In this document: positions 39,122 through 47,528 of the stretch, piece after piece
Layout: every line of letters starts with the position of its first letter
How positions within the stretch are numbered: the first letter of the stretch is position 1
Assembly: GCA_030018435.1 (NCBI GenBank)
Contig: JASEEY010000001.1
Span: forward strand, 83,641 to 147,640
Direction of reading: 5' to 3'
DNA: 64,000 bases
DNA from: Methanocellales archaeon
Lineage (GTDB): Archaea; Halobacteriota; UBA148; JAUWXC01
The notes under the pieces: generated by a model
What the model saw: only the letters and a program-made list of their open reading frames with translations
Told to the model about the DNA's origin: nothing
Database searches by the model: none
Translations under genes and position numbers: made by a program

Positions 39122-39215
39122 GTCAGCTGTCCGGCTGTCCTTTACGACAAGGTTTTTATGCTCCCGGACACACATAATCATGTCTGCAGGAACGTGGGTG
39201 CTGCAAGGTGATGAC

Positions 39216-39416
39216 ATGAAGTTCAAGGTTGTGATCAGAGAAGGGGAGGATGGCTGGTATGTCGTTGAGTGTCCATCTCTACCCGGCTGTATTTCTCAAG
39301 GAAAAACTAAGAAAGAAGCCCTGGAGAACATCAAAGAGGCCATCGAGCTTTATCTGGAGCCAGAAGAAGTTCAGGTGACGCAGAAAGGAGAGCGAATAGT
39401 AGAGGTAACAGTGTGA
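39216..39416 (+). CDS. hicB: HicB-family antitoxin (UPF0150)
   Basis: MKFKVVIREGEDGWYVVECPSLPGCISQGKTKKEALENIKEAIELYLE. AGGTGA RBS 8 nt upstream. The track ORF starts at 39114. Confidence 0.75.
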   Translation: MKFKVVIREGEDGWYVVECPSLPGCISQGKTKKEALENIKEAIELYLEPEEVQVTQKGERIVEVTV

Positions 39417-39640
39417 CAAGACTGCCGGTTATCTCTGGGGAAGAAGCGATTAAGGTGTTGAATAAGGCTGGTTTTGTTTTCGTTAGGCAGAAAGGAAGTC
39501 ATGTCAGGATGAAGAAGGTCACATCTGAGCGGACCATTAATGTGACCATACCACTTCATGATGTTTTAGATAGGGGCACGCTGAGGAGCATTATTAGAAG
39601 TGCTGGCTTGACCGTTGAAGAGTTCGTTGAATTGTTGTAA
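39413..39640 (+). CDS. hicA: HicA-family toxin (mRNA interferase)
   Basis: …KVLNKAGFVFVRQKGSHVRM… HicA signature. GTG start inside a GTGTGA overlap with hicB. Confidence 0.7.
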   Translation: MTRLPVISGEEAIKVLNKAGFVFVRQKGSHVRMKKVTSERTINVTIPLHDVLDRGTLRSIIRSAGLTVEEFVELL

Positions 39641-39664
39641 GAAACAGGTTGCGGGTATCAAAAG

Positions 39665-39749
39665 GGTCGTCTTCGCAAACCAGTATCCAGACACGGAGGC
39701 GCTTGAATTTTTAAAGCAGGCCCATGTTGATGTTGTGAGGTTTGGGTAG
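39665..39749. repeat. Direct repeat copy 2 (85 bp, one mismatch relative to copy 1)
   Basis: Identical to 39037..39121 except for an A to G change (aaaacagg becomes aaagcagg). Confidence 0.9.
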
Positions 39750-39786
39750 GATGAAGCGTTGTAAAGATGAAGATTAGTCAAATACC

Positions 39787-40089
39787 TCACGCTTCGGGCT
39801 GGACGATCATCTTCTTGTTTTCGACCATTATCCTTACATCTTCGCCCTTCTCTAAATTTAGTGCCTCTTCCACAGACCGGGGTATTCGAAGTACCAGACT
39901 GCCGCCTACCTGCCCGATTTTTCTCGTCACAGCGATTTTCAAGAGTTTTTCTTTTTGTGCCAGCATTTTTCTCATCTGTTTCTCTGTAAACTCGACCTCT
40001 CCACATTTTGGGCATTTATAGCCCTCGCTGATTATGCCTGCCACTTCAACCTTCTTTTTCTCCATAATTTCTCCACATTCGCACTTCAT
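39787..40089 (-). CDS. Putative antitoxin: N-terminal zinc ribbon plus a C-terminal AbrB/MazE/SpoVT (swapped-hairpin) domain
   Basis: CECGE…CPKCGE Zn ribbon. The segment VTRKIGQVGGSLVLRIPRSVEEALNLEKGEDVRIMVE is an AbrB-like fold. Confidence 0.55.
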   Translation of the reverse strand: MKCECGEIMEKKKVEVAGIISEGYKCPKCGEVEFTEKQMRKMLAQKEKLLKIAVTRKIGQVGGSLVLRIPRSVEEALNLEKGEDVRIMVENKKMIVQPEA

Positions 40090-40090
40090 T

Positions 40091-40312
40091 TTAATCTCCT
40101 ATCGTTATGACCCTGAATCTGTCCGGGAGCTCCTTTACGACAAGGGTTATCTTCCTTTTCTTAAACTTTTTTGAGACTTTGTACATGTTCTTGCCAAACG
40201 GTTTCCATTTGCCTGTTAACAACACCTCGTTGACCATGTCCAGATCTGTTACGCGAAACAATCTGTCGAACATGTGTTTCGTATAGGTGACTTTCTTCCC
40301 TCTGACAATCAT
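40091..40312 (-). CDS. Small basic protein, putative toxin partner (family unidentified)
   Basis: 73 aa, immediately upstream of and co-oriented with the Zn-ribbon/AbrB protein, separated by 1 nt. Confidence 0.35.
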   Translation of the reverse strand: MIVRGKKVTYTKHMFDRLFRVTDLDMVNEVLLTGKWKPFGKNMYKVSKKFKKRKITLVVKELPDRFRVITIGD

Positions 40313-40377
40313 TCATATCTTCTTGATATCATTTTAATATCTTTTTGTATTTAAGAGTTTGGTGTGCGTCAGAATAA

Positions 40378-40445
40378 ATATCCAGACACGGAGGCGCTTG
40401 AATTTTTAAAACAGGCCCATGTTGATGTTGTGAGGTTTGGGTAGG
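40378..40445. repeat. Direct repeat copy 3 (5'-truncated, 68 bp)
   Basis: tatccagacacggaggcgcttgaatttttaaaacaggcccatgttgatgttgtgaggtttgggtaggtca. It shares the extension GGTCA with copy 1. Confidence 0.9.
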
Positions 40446-40593
40446 TCAAAGCCGTTGGTATAGGAAAAGAGAATGTAGAAAAGATAAGACAAGTTACATC
40501 CGAACTTGAGAATAAATACTCCAATATGACAAAAAATCGATGAAGAGAGAAGCGTTTATATCTGCTAAACTACCTTTTTATCGTCCTCAATTT

Positions 40594-41421
40594 TCAGACC
40601 ACCAACTTATCCCTGACCTTTGCATAGAACCCCCTGTCGGTTTTGACGAAGAGCGCCGGCGTCTTTGCCTTGGTGAATCTGATGACGTCCTTCTTCGTGA
40701 TTTTTTGAGTGTACTGCCCGTCTACGACGAGTAGCGCCTCCTTGCCGGCTTTCAGCAGCTCCACCCTTATCTCGCTGTCCGCCGGCACGACCCAGGGGCG
40801 GGCTGAAAGCTTGAATGGTGCCAGAGGAACGACGACGAATGCATCTATCTTGCGGTCAACGATTGGGCCACCCGCGCTCATGGCATATGCAGTCGAGCCG
40901 GTGGGCGTTGCCAATACCAAACCGTCTGCTCTCGTGGTCTCGAGCTCCTTTTCGTCGACCAAAACCCTGAAATGAAGCATCTTCGCGGGTCTGGATGTTA
41001 CTATTACCGCTTCGTTGGTCGCAGGAGGAAGTTCTTCTTCATTGACAGATACGGCAAGTCGCGTTCTCTGCTCCACTTCAAATCCATCAAGCACTTTTTT
41101 GATGATGTCTTTCGCACTCTTCGCGCTTACATCTGCAAGAAATCCTATCTTGCCCATATCGATGCCCAGGATGGGAGTTGGCTTGCTCAATAGCTGAAGG
41201 GCTCTCAATATGGTGCCGTCCCCTCCCACGGTGATGAGTACATCCACATCCATATTGGCGATAGGAGTTGATTCACGCTTGCCGACCTTTGTAGCGGTCC
41301 TCGGGTCCAGGACGATTTTAACGGCATCCCCGATCTCATCCATGATCTCCTTCACCATTTGCACATCGCCCGCCTCGCACCTCGAGACGATTCCAACCTT
41401 CTTCGGTCTCATTTGTTCCAC
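40594..41421 (-). CDS. nadK: NAD kinase
   Basis: GGDGTILRA and NEAVI…T motifs; 275 aa. Confidence 0.85.
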   Translation of the reverse strand: MEQMRPKKVGIVSRCEAGDVQMVKEIMDEIGDAVKIVLDPRTATKVGKRESTPIANMDVDVLITVGGDGTILRALQLLSKPTPILGIDMGKIGFLADVSAKSAKDIIKKVLDGFEVEQRTRLAVSVNEEELPPATNEAVIVTSRPAKMLHFRVLVDEKELETTRADGLVLATPTGSTAYAMSAGGPIVDRKIDAFVVVPLAPFKLSARPWVVPADSEIRVELLKAGKEALLVVDGQYTQKITKKDVIRFTKAKTPALFVKTDRGFYAKVRDKLVV

Positions 41422-42191
41422 TCTCTCAGCCTAGCAAGCAGGTCATCGTGGATGCGCCCATTGGATGCCATGATATTGACCCTTTCTTTGATCGTGAGCG
41501 GATTGTTTAATTGTACGCCAAAATCGTCCGTCACCACTCCCCCCGCCTCTTCAACGATGAGTTTTCCAGCCGCTACGTCTGTCACCCTTAGGCGGCTTCG
41601 CACATCTAAGAACGCATCCAGTTTTTGAGATGCCACATAGCATAATTCCAGTGCCGCGCTGCCCAGAAGCCTGACCTTCTTGCCGTTTTGATTCAAAAAA
41701 TCCCGTGCAAACGCACACCCATATATAGAGGCGCAATACGCGTCTGTGTCTTTTCTAGTAGACACGCGAATCTTCTCTCCGTTTAAAAATGCGCCCCTGT
41801 CCCTTTCTGCCGCATATACATCGCCCGTTACGAGGTTTTTCACATAGCCATAGTATATCTGAGAAAGATCATTCTTGCCAATTGCAATCGATACTGAGTA
41901 GAACGGTATACCTCTGAGGGCGTTATACGTACCGTCCAAAGGGTCGAGCACGATGTCGAATTCAGGATTGGTTCCAAGGATGACATCACCCATCTCTTCG
42001 CTCACCAGCCTGAGAGATCGTCCATCGTTCTTCAAAACATGAAGGGCAGCCCTCTCGGCCACATCGTCTATCATGGCGGTGGGTGTGCCATCCGCCCCCA
42101 TATAAAGAATCCTTTCGCCCCCATCGGCGCCGATGTATCCACGAATAGCGTTGCCGATTGCGTTTGCGATATCCTCGCACAGCTTCTTCAT
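41409..42191 (-). CDS. suhB: Inositol monophosphatase / fructose-1,6-bisphosphatase family (archaeal IMPase/FBPase)
   Basis: DPLDGT and WDxAAG-like (TDVAAG) motifs. Adjacent to nadK, the usual archaeal pairing. Confidence 0.8.
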   Translation of the reverse strand: MKKLCEDIANAIGNAIRGYIGADGGERILYMGADGTPTAMIDDVAERAALHVLKNDGRSLRLVSEEMGDVILGTNPEFDIVLDPLDGTYNALRGIPFYSVSIAIGKNDLSQIYYGYVKNLVTGDVYAAERDRGAFLNGEKIRVSTRKDTDAYCASIYGCAFARDFLNQNGKKVRLLGSAALELCYVASQKLDAFLDVRSRLRVTDVAAGKLIVEEAGGVVTDDFGVQLNNPLTIKERVNIMASNGRIHDDLLARLREWNK

Positions 42192-42271
42192 CGTATCATC
42201 TTATGTTATCGAAATACATTTAAATTGTGGTGATATGTATCTCAAGGTATCATACAAATGGAGGCTTTTTG

Positions 42272-42655
42272 ATGAAAGAACAAACCGAAGTTAGGGCTCT
42301 CAAAGAAGGGCGTTATGTCGTTATAGATGATGAGCCGTGTACGATCATCAGCATTGCCACATCCAAACCAGGCAAACACGGTTCCGCTAAAGCCAGAATA
42401 GATGCCATCGGCGTATTTGACGGGCAGAAAAGGTCGATTGTGCAGCCCGTTAGCGCAAAGATATACGTGCCCATTCTAGAGCGGAAGACTGCGCAGGTGC
42501 TCTCCTTCTCTGGAAAAAACGTCGTGCAACTGATGTCCATGGACGATTATTCTACGTTTGAACTCGTCATTCCAAACGAGCTGAGGACTAAACTAAAAGA
42601 AGGGCAAACTATCACCTATGTCGAGAGCATGGGGAAGAGGAAAATAATGCGGTGA
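42272..42655 (+). CDS. eif5a: Translation initiation factor 5A (aIF-5A)
   Basis: Hypusination loop SKPGKHGSAKAR; 127 aa from MKEQTEV. The track ORF starts at 42227. Confidence 0.85.
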   Translation: MKEQTEVRALKEGRYVVIDDEPCTIISIATSKPGKHGSAKARIDAIGVFDGQKRSIVQPVSAKIYVPILERKTAQVLSFSGKNVVQLMSMDDYSTFELVIPNELRTKLKEGQTITYVESMGKRKIMR

Positions 42656-42661
42656 TGCTAT

Positions 42662-43519
42662 TTGTTCATCAAACCCACTTTTGCAGATGCCAATGCCGGC
42701 TATGAGGACGCAGAGTTTGTGATATTTGGAGTGCCATTTGACGGGACCTCGTGCTTCAGGTCTGGCTCAAGAAGGGCCCCTTCAGCGGTAAGAGGCGCAT
42801 CTTACAATTTTGAGTCATACGATCCCGAGCACGATGTCGACCTGTGTGATGTGCCATTTTGCGATATGGGAGATGTCGAGGTGAGCGTTTCAGTGGATGA
42901 AACGCTTGCTGACGTACAATCCAAAACGAAGCGCATCATCGATGATAACAAGATACCAATCATGATTGGCGGTGAACACTCTCTTACGTATGCATGTATC
43001 AGGGCATTTGGCGATGTGGGCGCAATCATCTTGGATGCGCATCTTGACCTGAGAGATGAGTATGCTGGCAGCAGGCAGAGTCATGCCTGTGTTTCGCGGC
43101 GAATACTCGAGGAAGTAGGCATCAAGAATTACGTTTCTATTGGCGTCAGGAGCGGTGCCAGGGAAGAATACGACTTTGCGAGACAAAACGGGGTTCGATT
43201 CTATGGTGTGGATCAAATTCAATCGAAAGGCGTTGTTAGCATCACGCAGGATAGCATCAAATATCTAGGCACAGGCAAAATCTATTTATCGATAGATATG
43301 GACGTAATCGACCCTGGATATGCGCCCGCCGTGGGAACGCCGGAGCCGTTTGGGTTGGCTCCGGCTGATATTGCGTGCGTCATCAAGGCACTTGCACCAC
43401 GTGTTGTTGGATTTGACCTGGTTGAGATTTCACCGGATTACGACCATGGGCAAACGTCTTTATTAGGGGCAAAACTGATTAGGGAGTTTATCGCAGCAAA
43501 GAAGGGTGTCGGAAAATGA
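42662..43519 (+). CDS. speB: Agmatinase (arginase family)
   Basis: Mn-binding motifs GGEHS, DAHLD and SIDMDVIDP. Confidence 0.85.
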   Translation: MFIKPTFADANAGYEDAEFVIFGVPFDGTSCFRSGSRRAPSAVRGASYNFESYDPEHDVDLCDVPFCDMGDVEVSVSVDETLADVQSKTKRIIDDNKIPIMIGGEHSLTYACIRAFGDVGAIILDAHLDLRDEYAGSRQSHACVSRRILEEVGIKNYVSIGVRSGAREEYDFARQNGVRFYGVDQIQSKGVVSITQDSIKYLGTGKIYLSIDMDVIDPGYAPAVGTPEPFGLAPADIACVIKALAPRVVGFDLVEISPDYDHGQTSLLGAKLIREFIAAKKGVGK

Positions 43520-44448
43520 GCGAACTGCGGCGACCGATCAAACAGATGCGTATTAAAGACGGGATGACCGCTGGCGAGTTGATTGAAGAGATGAGCGACG
43601 CAGCTTTTGGCGCGGGAAGATTAGCGGAAGCGGTGGACATTTACGAGGAGATGTTGCGCAATGATACGACGAAGTTTTTTGGGCTTGCTGGAGCCATGGT
43701 GCCTGCAGGAATGCGCCTAATCGTCAAGGATTTAATCGAGGACGGTTACATCGACGTGCTCGTCACCACCGGCGCGAATCTCGTGCACGATTTAATAGAG
43801 GTATGGGGAGGCTATCATTACAGAGGCACGAGTTGTGCAGATGACATAGAATTGCATCATCAACAAATTAACAGGATATTTGACGTGTTCTTGCCAGAGG
43901 ACCATTTCACCGCCTTTGAAAAGAAGCTCTTGGACCTTTTTGTTGAGTTGAATAAAAAAGACATGAGCATCAGGGAATTGCTGATGGAGATCGGGCGCAG
44001 GGTAGATGCAGATTCGATTATGGGCGTTGCAGCGAGAAAGGACGTCCCCATTTTTTGCCCAGCCATAGCAGACTCTGCCATCGGACTGCAGGCATGGCTG
44101 CACACCCAGACCCAGAAGCTGAATGTTGACACCTTTAAGGACATGCATGAATTCATGGATATTTGTTATAAAGCCAAGAAGACCGGGGCGGTGTTCATTG
44201 GCGGTGGCGTTCCCAAGAATTTCATACTCCAGTCCATGATCGTAACGCCAAAAGGCGGGTTTGACTATGCAATACAGCTCACCATGGACAGGCCTGAAAC
44301 CGGCGGTCTTTCTGGAGCGACGTTGGATGAGGCGAAGTCATGGGGCAAGGTTGGTGCAGGCGCTAGGGCGGTCACCGTCTATGCTGACGCGACGATAACG
44401 TTGCCAATTCTAGTTGCGGCTGTGCGTGAACGCCTGGAGAGGAAATGA
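43516..44448 (+). CDS. dys: Deoxyhypusine synthase
   Basis: DHS family signature (…TGANLVHD…, GGGVPKNF); 310 aa. It sits in the aIF5A-agmatinase cluster. Confidence 0.85.
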   Translation: MSELRRPIKQMRIKDGMTAGELIEEMSDAAFGAGRLAEAVDIYEEMLRNDTTKFFGLAGAMVPAGMRLIVKDLIEDGYIDVLVTTGANLVHDLIEVWGGYHYRGTSCADDIELHHQQINRIFDVFLPEDHFTAFEKKLLDLFVELNKKDMSIRELLMEIGRRVDADSIMGVAARKDVPIFCPAIADSAIGLQAWLHTQTQKLNVDTFKDMHEFMDICYKAKKTGAVFIGGGVPKNFILQSMIVTPKGGFDYAIQLTMDRPETGGLSGATLDEAKSWGKVGAGARAVTVYADATITLPILVAAVRERLERK

Positions 44449-44852
44449 AGATCAAAGGGATAGCAAGGGATACACTGCATTTTATACTGGGAGCCAGCAG
44501 GTCTTCATATCCAAAAGAATTTGCTGCTTTGCTGAGGGCTAACGAGGATATTATCACGGATGTGCTCCTGCTGCCGGGTACGGAGTCATCTGAGGTCAGC
44601 GCAGTTATGCGATTGTATATGATGCCCATGAGCGTGGACAGTGCTGGCTCCGTTCACAGCCATCCTTCCTCGGACATAACTCCATCAAAGGAGGATTTGA
44701 TGATGTTTGGACGCACCGGCGATTATCACGTGATTGTAGGACATCCCTACACGGAGCAGAGCTGGGCATGCTATGACGCTGCTGGGAAAAGAAGAAACTT
44801 GCCGGTGTTAGATGTGCAGATTGAGGACGATTTAGATGCATGGGATGATTAG
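44445..44852 (+). CDS. JAMM/MPN+ metalloprotease domain protein
   Basis: JAMM motif HSHPSSDITPSKEDL (HxHx7Sx2D); 135 aa. Confidence 0.7.
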   Translation: MKIKGIARDTLHFILGASRSSYPKEFAALLRANEDIITDVLLLPGTESSEVSAVMRLYMMPMSVDSAGSVHSHPSSDITPSKEDLMMFGRTGDYHVIVGHPYTEQSWACYDAAGKRRNLPVLDVQIEDDLDAWDD

Positions 44853-45275
44853 ATGACAAAGGTGCTTGCCACAGGAACCTTTGAGATACTGCATCCTGGG
44901 CACCTTACGTACTTGCAAAAGGCAAAGGAGTTGGGTGACGAGCTCATCGTAATCGTTGCTCGGGATAAGATGATCAAGCACAAGCGAAAGCCGCTCATCC
45001 CTGAAAAGCAGCGATTGGAGATGGTGCGGGCACTTAAAATTGTGGATAAGGCCATTCTTGGTAGCGAGAAGGACATTTTTGAGCCCTTACAGGAGATTGA
45101 GCCCGACATCATCACATTGGGGTATGACCAGCGGTTTGATGAAGAGACGTTAATGAAAGAGTTGCGCAAGAGGGGGCTAATGGCAGAAGTGGTGCGCATA
45201 GAGTCCATCAACCCTGGTCAACTGTGTGGCAGTGGTAAGATTATAAAAAAGATCGTGGATGAATTTAGGGACTAA
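44853..45275 (+). CDS. ribL: FAD synthase RibL (CTP-dependent FMN adenylyl/cytidylyltransferase family)
   Basis: GTFEILHPGH nucleotidyltransferase motif; 140 aa. Confidence 0.6.
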   Translation: MTKVLATGTFEILHPGHLTYLQKAKELGDELIVIVARDKMIKHKRKPLIPEKQRLEMVRALKIVDKAILGSEKDIFEPLQEIEPDIITLGYDQRFDEETLMKELRKRGLMAEVVRIESINPGQLCGSGKIIKKIVDEFRD

Positions 45276-45700
45276 GCTCTACGAGTCTTCTCCTCAACTT
45301 CTCCTTCGGTGACCACCAAAACGGGGCAGGTTGCTAGGTTGATTACATCCTGGGCCGTACTCTGGTGAATGAACCTGTACATCTTGTCAAATCCATAATG
45401 TCCCATGATGATCATATCATATCCCTTGGCTACGTCAACGATTTTTGGGGGCAATTCATCCGCTCCGCCACCGAAATCTATCAACTCACAAGTAGTTTTT
45501 ATGCCCCTTTTGCGATGCTTTTCAGCATATTCGTCCAACGCTCTTCGTTTCGCGTCTTTGGTTTCTTTGGTATCATCCTTCAGGGTGCAAACGACGAGAT
45601 GTACGCTTGCATCTAATTGCTTTGCAATCCCAATTGACGTTTCGATGAGCCCCCCACTCTCCTTTAAAGGATTTATTGGAACCAGTACTTTCTTCACCAT
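45272..45700 (-). CDS. Universal stress protein (UspA family)
   Basis: Usp fold with a C-terminal ATP-binding G-rich motif (IMGHYGF…). Confidence 0.65.
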   Translation of the reverse strand: MVKKVLVPINPLKESGGLIETSIGIAKQLDASVHLVVCTLKDDTKETKDAKRRALDEYAEKHRKRGIKTTCELIDFGGGADELPPKIVDVAKGYDMIIMGHYGFDKMYRFIHQSTAQDVINLATCPVLVVTEGEVEEKTRRA

Positions 45701-46068
45701 TACAATAACCCCTTGATCTTGTCGGCTGCCTTCTCCATGTTCACGAGGATCAATCCCAATCCCGCCTCAGGAGGCGTCATGACCACCAATAATGCCTTAG
45801 GACCAGCACCAATGGTGATGACCTTTCCCTTCCTTGATTCAACGATGACCCTGTCCGGGATGCCCTTCTTCAACTCCAGTATCGCAGTCTCTGCGGCGCC
45901 AAGCATGGTAGCAGACATCGCGGCAAACGTATCGGCATGAACGCTCTTGGGAATATCAGATGCCATCAGCAGCCCGTCTCGTGATACTATAGCGGAGGCC
46001 TCTATGTCGCCGGTGCGTCCTAGGTCAGTTAGCACTTTTTCCAGCATCTCTACGGTTGTCATGCCCAC
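45700..46068 (-). CDS. Roadblock/LC7 domain protein
   Basis: 122 aa; Roadblock/LC7 (MglB-like) fold pattern. Confidence 0.5.
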   Translation of the reverse strand: MGMTTVEMLEKVLTDLGRTGDIEASAIVSRDGLLMASDIPKSVHADTFAAMSATMLGAAETAILELKKGIPDRVIVESRKGKVITIGAGPKALLVVMTPPEAGLGLILVNMEKAADKIKGLL

Positions 46069-46106
46069 TCTGCCTATTAATGTGATGATACTTAAATTGT
46101 ATTATT

Positions 46107-47339
46107 TTATGTTCCATGCTTCCATCCAGACATATATCTCTCTTGCTCTTCGCTCATTCTATCGATATAAACGTTCATAAATTTCAACTTTAGGCGTGCA
46201 ACCAGCTCATCAACCTCTTGCGGGACGCTATACACTTCGTTCTCAAGCTCTCCTTCATGCTCAATGATGTGCTTAACGCATAGCGCTTGATTGGCAAAGC
46301 TCATATCCATGACTTCGACGGGATGACCGTCGCCTGTTACAAGATTGACCAATCTCCCTTTACCGAGAACATAGAGTTTCTTATCTCGTAGCACATATTC
46401 ATCGACATTTGTTCTGATCTTTCTGATATCAGCTGCCATCTCCTTGAGCTGGTTCAGATTGATTTCCACGTCAAAATGGCCTGCGTTGGCCAATACGGCT
46501 CCGCCTTTCATGAGCTTGAAATGCTCTTTTGTGATGACGTCTATATCACCAGTGGTGGTGATGAAAATATCGCCGATTTTTGCGGCTTCTTTCATCGGCA
46601 TCACCCTGTATCCATCCATTCTTGCTTCCAGTGCCCTGATTGGGTCGACCTCGGTCACTATCACATTTGCGCCATGCCCCTTAGCCCTCATTGCAACACC
46701 TCTACCGCACCACCCATATCCTGCTATGACGATGTTTTTCCCGGCGATCAACAAATTCGTCGTCCTGATGATTCCATCCCACGTTGACTGGCCAGTGCCA
46801 TACCGGTTATCAAACAGGTACTTCGTCCTGGCATCGTTTACTGCAATTACTGGAAATTTCAGCGCACCCTCAGCCTGCATTGCCCTCAGGCGACGTACCC
46901 CAGTCGTCGTTTCTTCGCATGCACCGATTATGTCTGGGATTAATTCTTTGCGATTGCTATGAATCTTGAAGATGAGATCAGCGCCATCATCGATGGTGAT
47001 ATCCGGCCTGTGATTCAGCACCGCATCAATGGCATGGTAATATTCCTTCGTAGAACAGTCGTGTTTTGCATAGCATGGTATACCCCTCTTGCGCAGCGAT
47101 AGCGATACATCATCCTGCGTGCTCAGAGGATTGCAACCTGTGATGGCGACTTTCGCGCCACCCGCTATTAGGGTTTCAACCAGCACGGCGGTCTTAGCCT
47201 CAACGTGAAGCGCCATTCCAATGGTATGTCCTATAAGGGGTTTGTCTTTATCAAACTGCTTACGTATCTCTCCGAGAACGGGCATGTGCTCTCTTGCCCA
47301 CTCTATTTTTAGGTCGCCTTGTCTGGCTTCACTTTTCAT
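46107..47339 (-). CDS. ahcY: Adenosylhomocysteinase family (SAH hydrolase; possibly S-inosyl-L-homocysteine hydrolase)
   Basis: AhcY NAD-binding motif (GYGWCGRGVAMRAKGHGANVIVTEVDP); 410 aa. Confidence 0.85.
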   Translation of the reverse strand: MKSEARQGDLKIEWAREHMPVLGEIRKQFDKDKPLIGHTIGMALHVEAKTAVLVETLIAGGAKVAITGCNPLSTQDDVSLSLRKRGIPCYAKHDCSTKEYYHAIDAVLNHRPDITIDDGADLIFKIHSNRKELIPDIIGACEETTTGVRRLRAMQAEGALKFPVIAVNDARTKYLFDNRYGTGQSTWDGIIRTTNLLIAGKNIVIAGYGWCGRGVAMRAKGHGANVIVTEVDPIRALEARMDGYRVMPMKEAAKIGDIFITTTGDIDVITKEHFKLMKGGAVLANAGHFDVEINLNQLKEMAADIRKIRTNVDEYVLRDKKLYVLGKGRLVNLVTGDGHPVEVMDMSFANQALCVKHIIEHEGELENEVYSVPQEVDELVARLKLKFMNVYIDRMSEEQERYMSGWKHGT

Positions 47340-47481
47340 GTTTCGTCTCTTCCTTTGCAGATTGGATTGCCTCGATTAGTTTTAACACCGCAACTATCAC
47401 AGCCAAAGCCGAGATTATGATTGAAACCAACGAACTCACCCTTTTGCACAATATGATTGTGCGTTCAAGGAACGTTAACAT
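47329..47481 (-). CDS. Small single-TM ORF (50 aa) translationally coupled to ahcY
   Basis: MLTFLERTIILCKRVSSLVSIIISALAVIVAVLKLIEAIQSAKEETKHEK. GGTGG lies 5 nt before the ATG and TTTATATA about 30 nt further upstream. Its stop overlaps the ahcY ATG. Confidence 0.35.
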   Translation of the reverse strand: MLTFLERTIILCKRVSSLVSIIISALAVIVAVLKLIEAIQSAKEETKHEK

Positions 47482-47528
47482 CTAACCACCTTTAGGAAGT
47501 ATGGTGACAGTATATAAAACCTAAGCGA

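Noticed and set aside
40540-40734. 64-aa plus-strand ORF at the nadK 3' end.
   Set aside because: It overlaps the NAD kinase coding sequence on the opposite strand and has no start context, so it is spurious.
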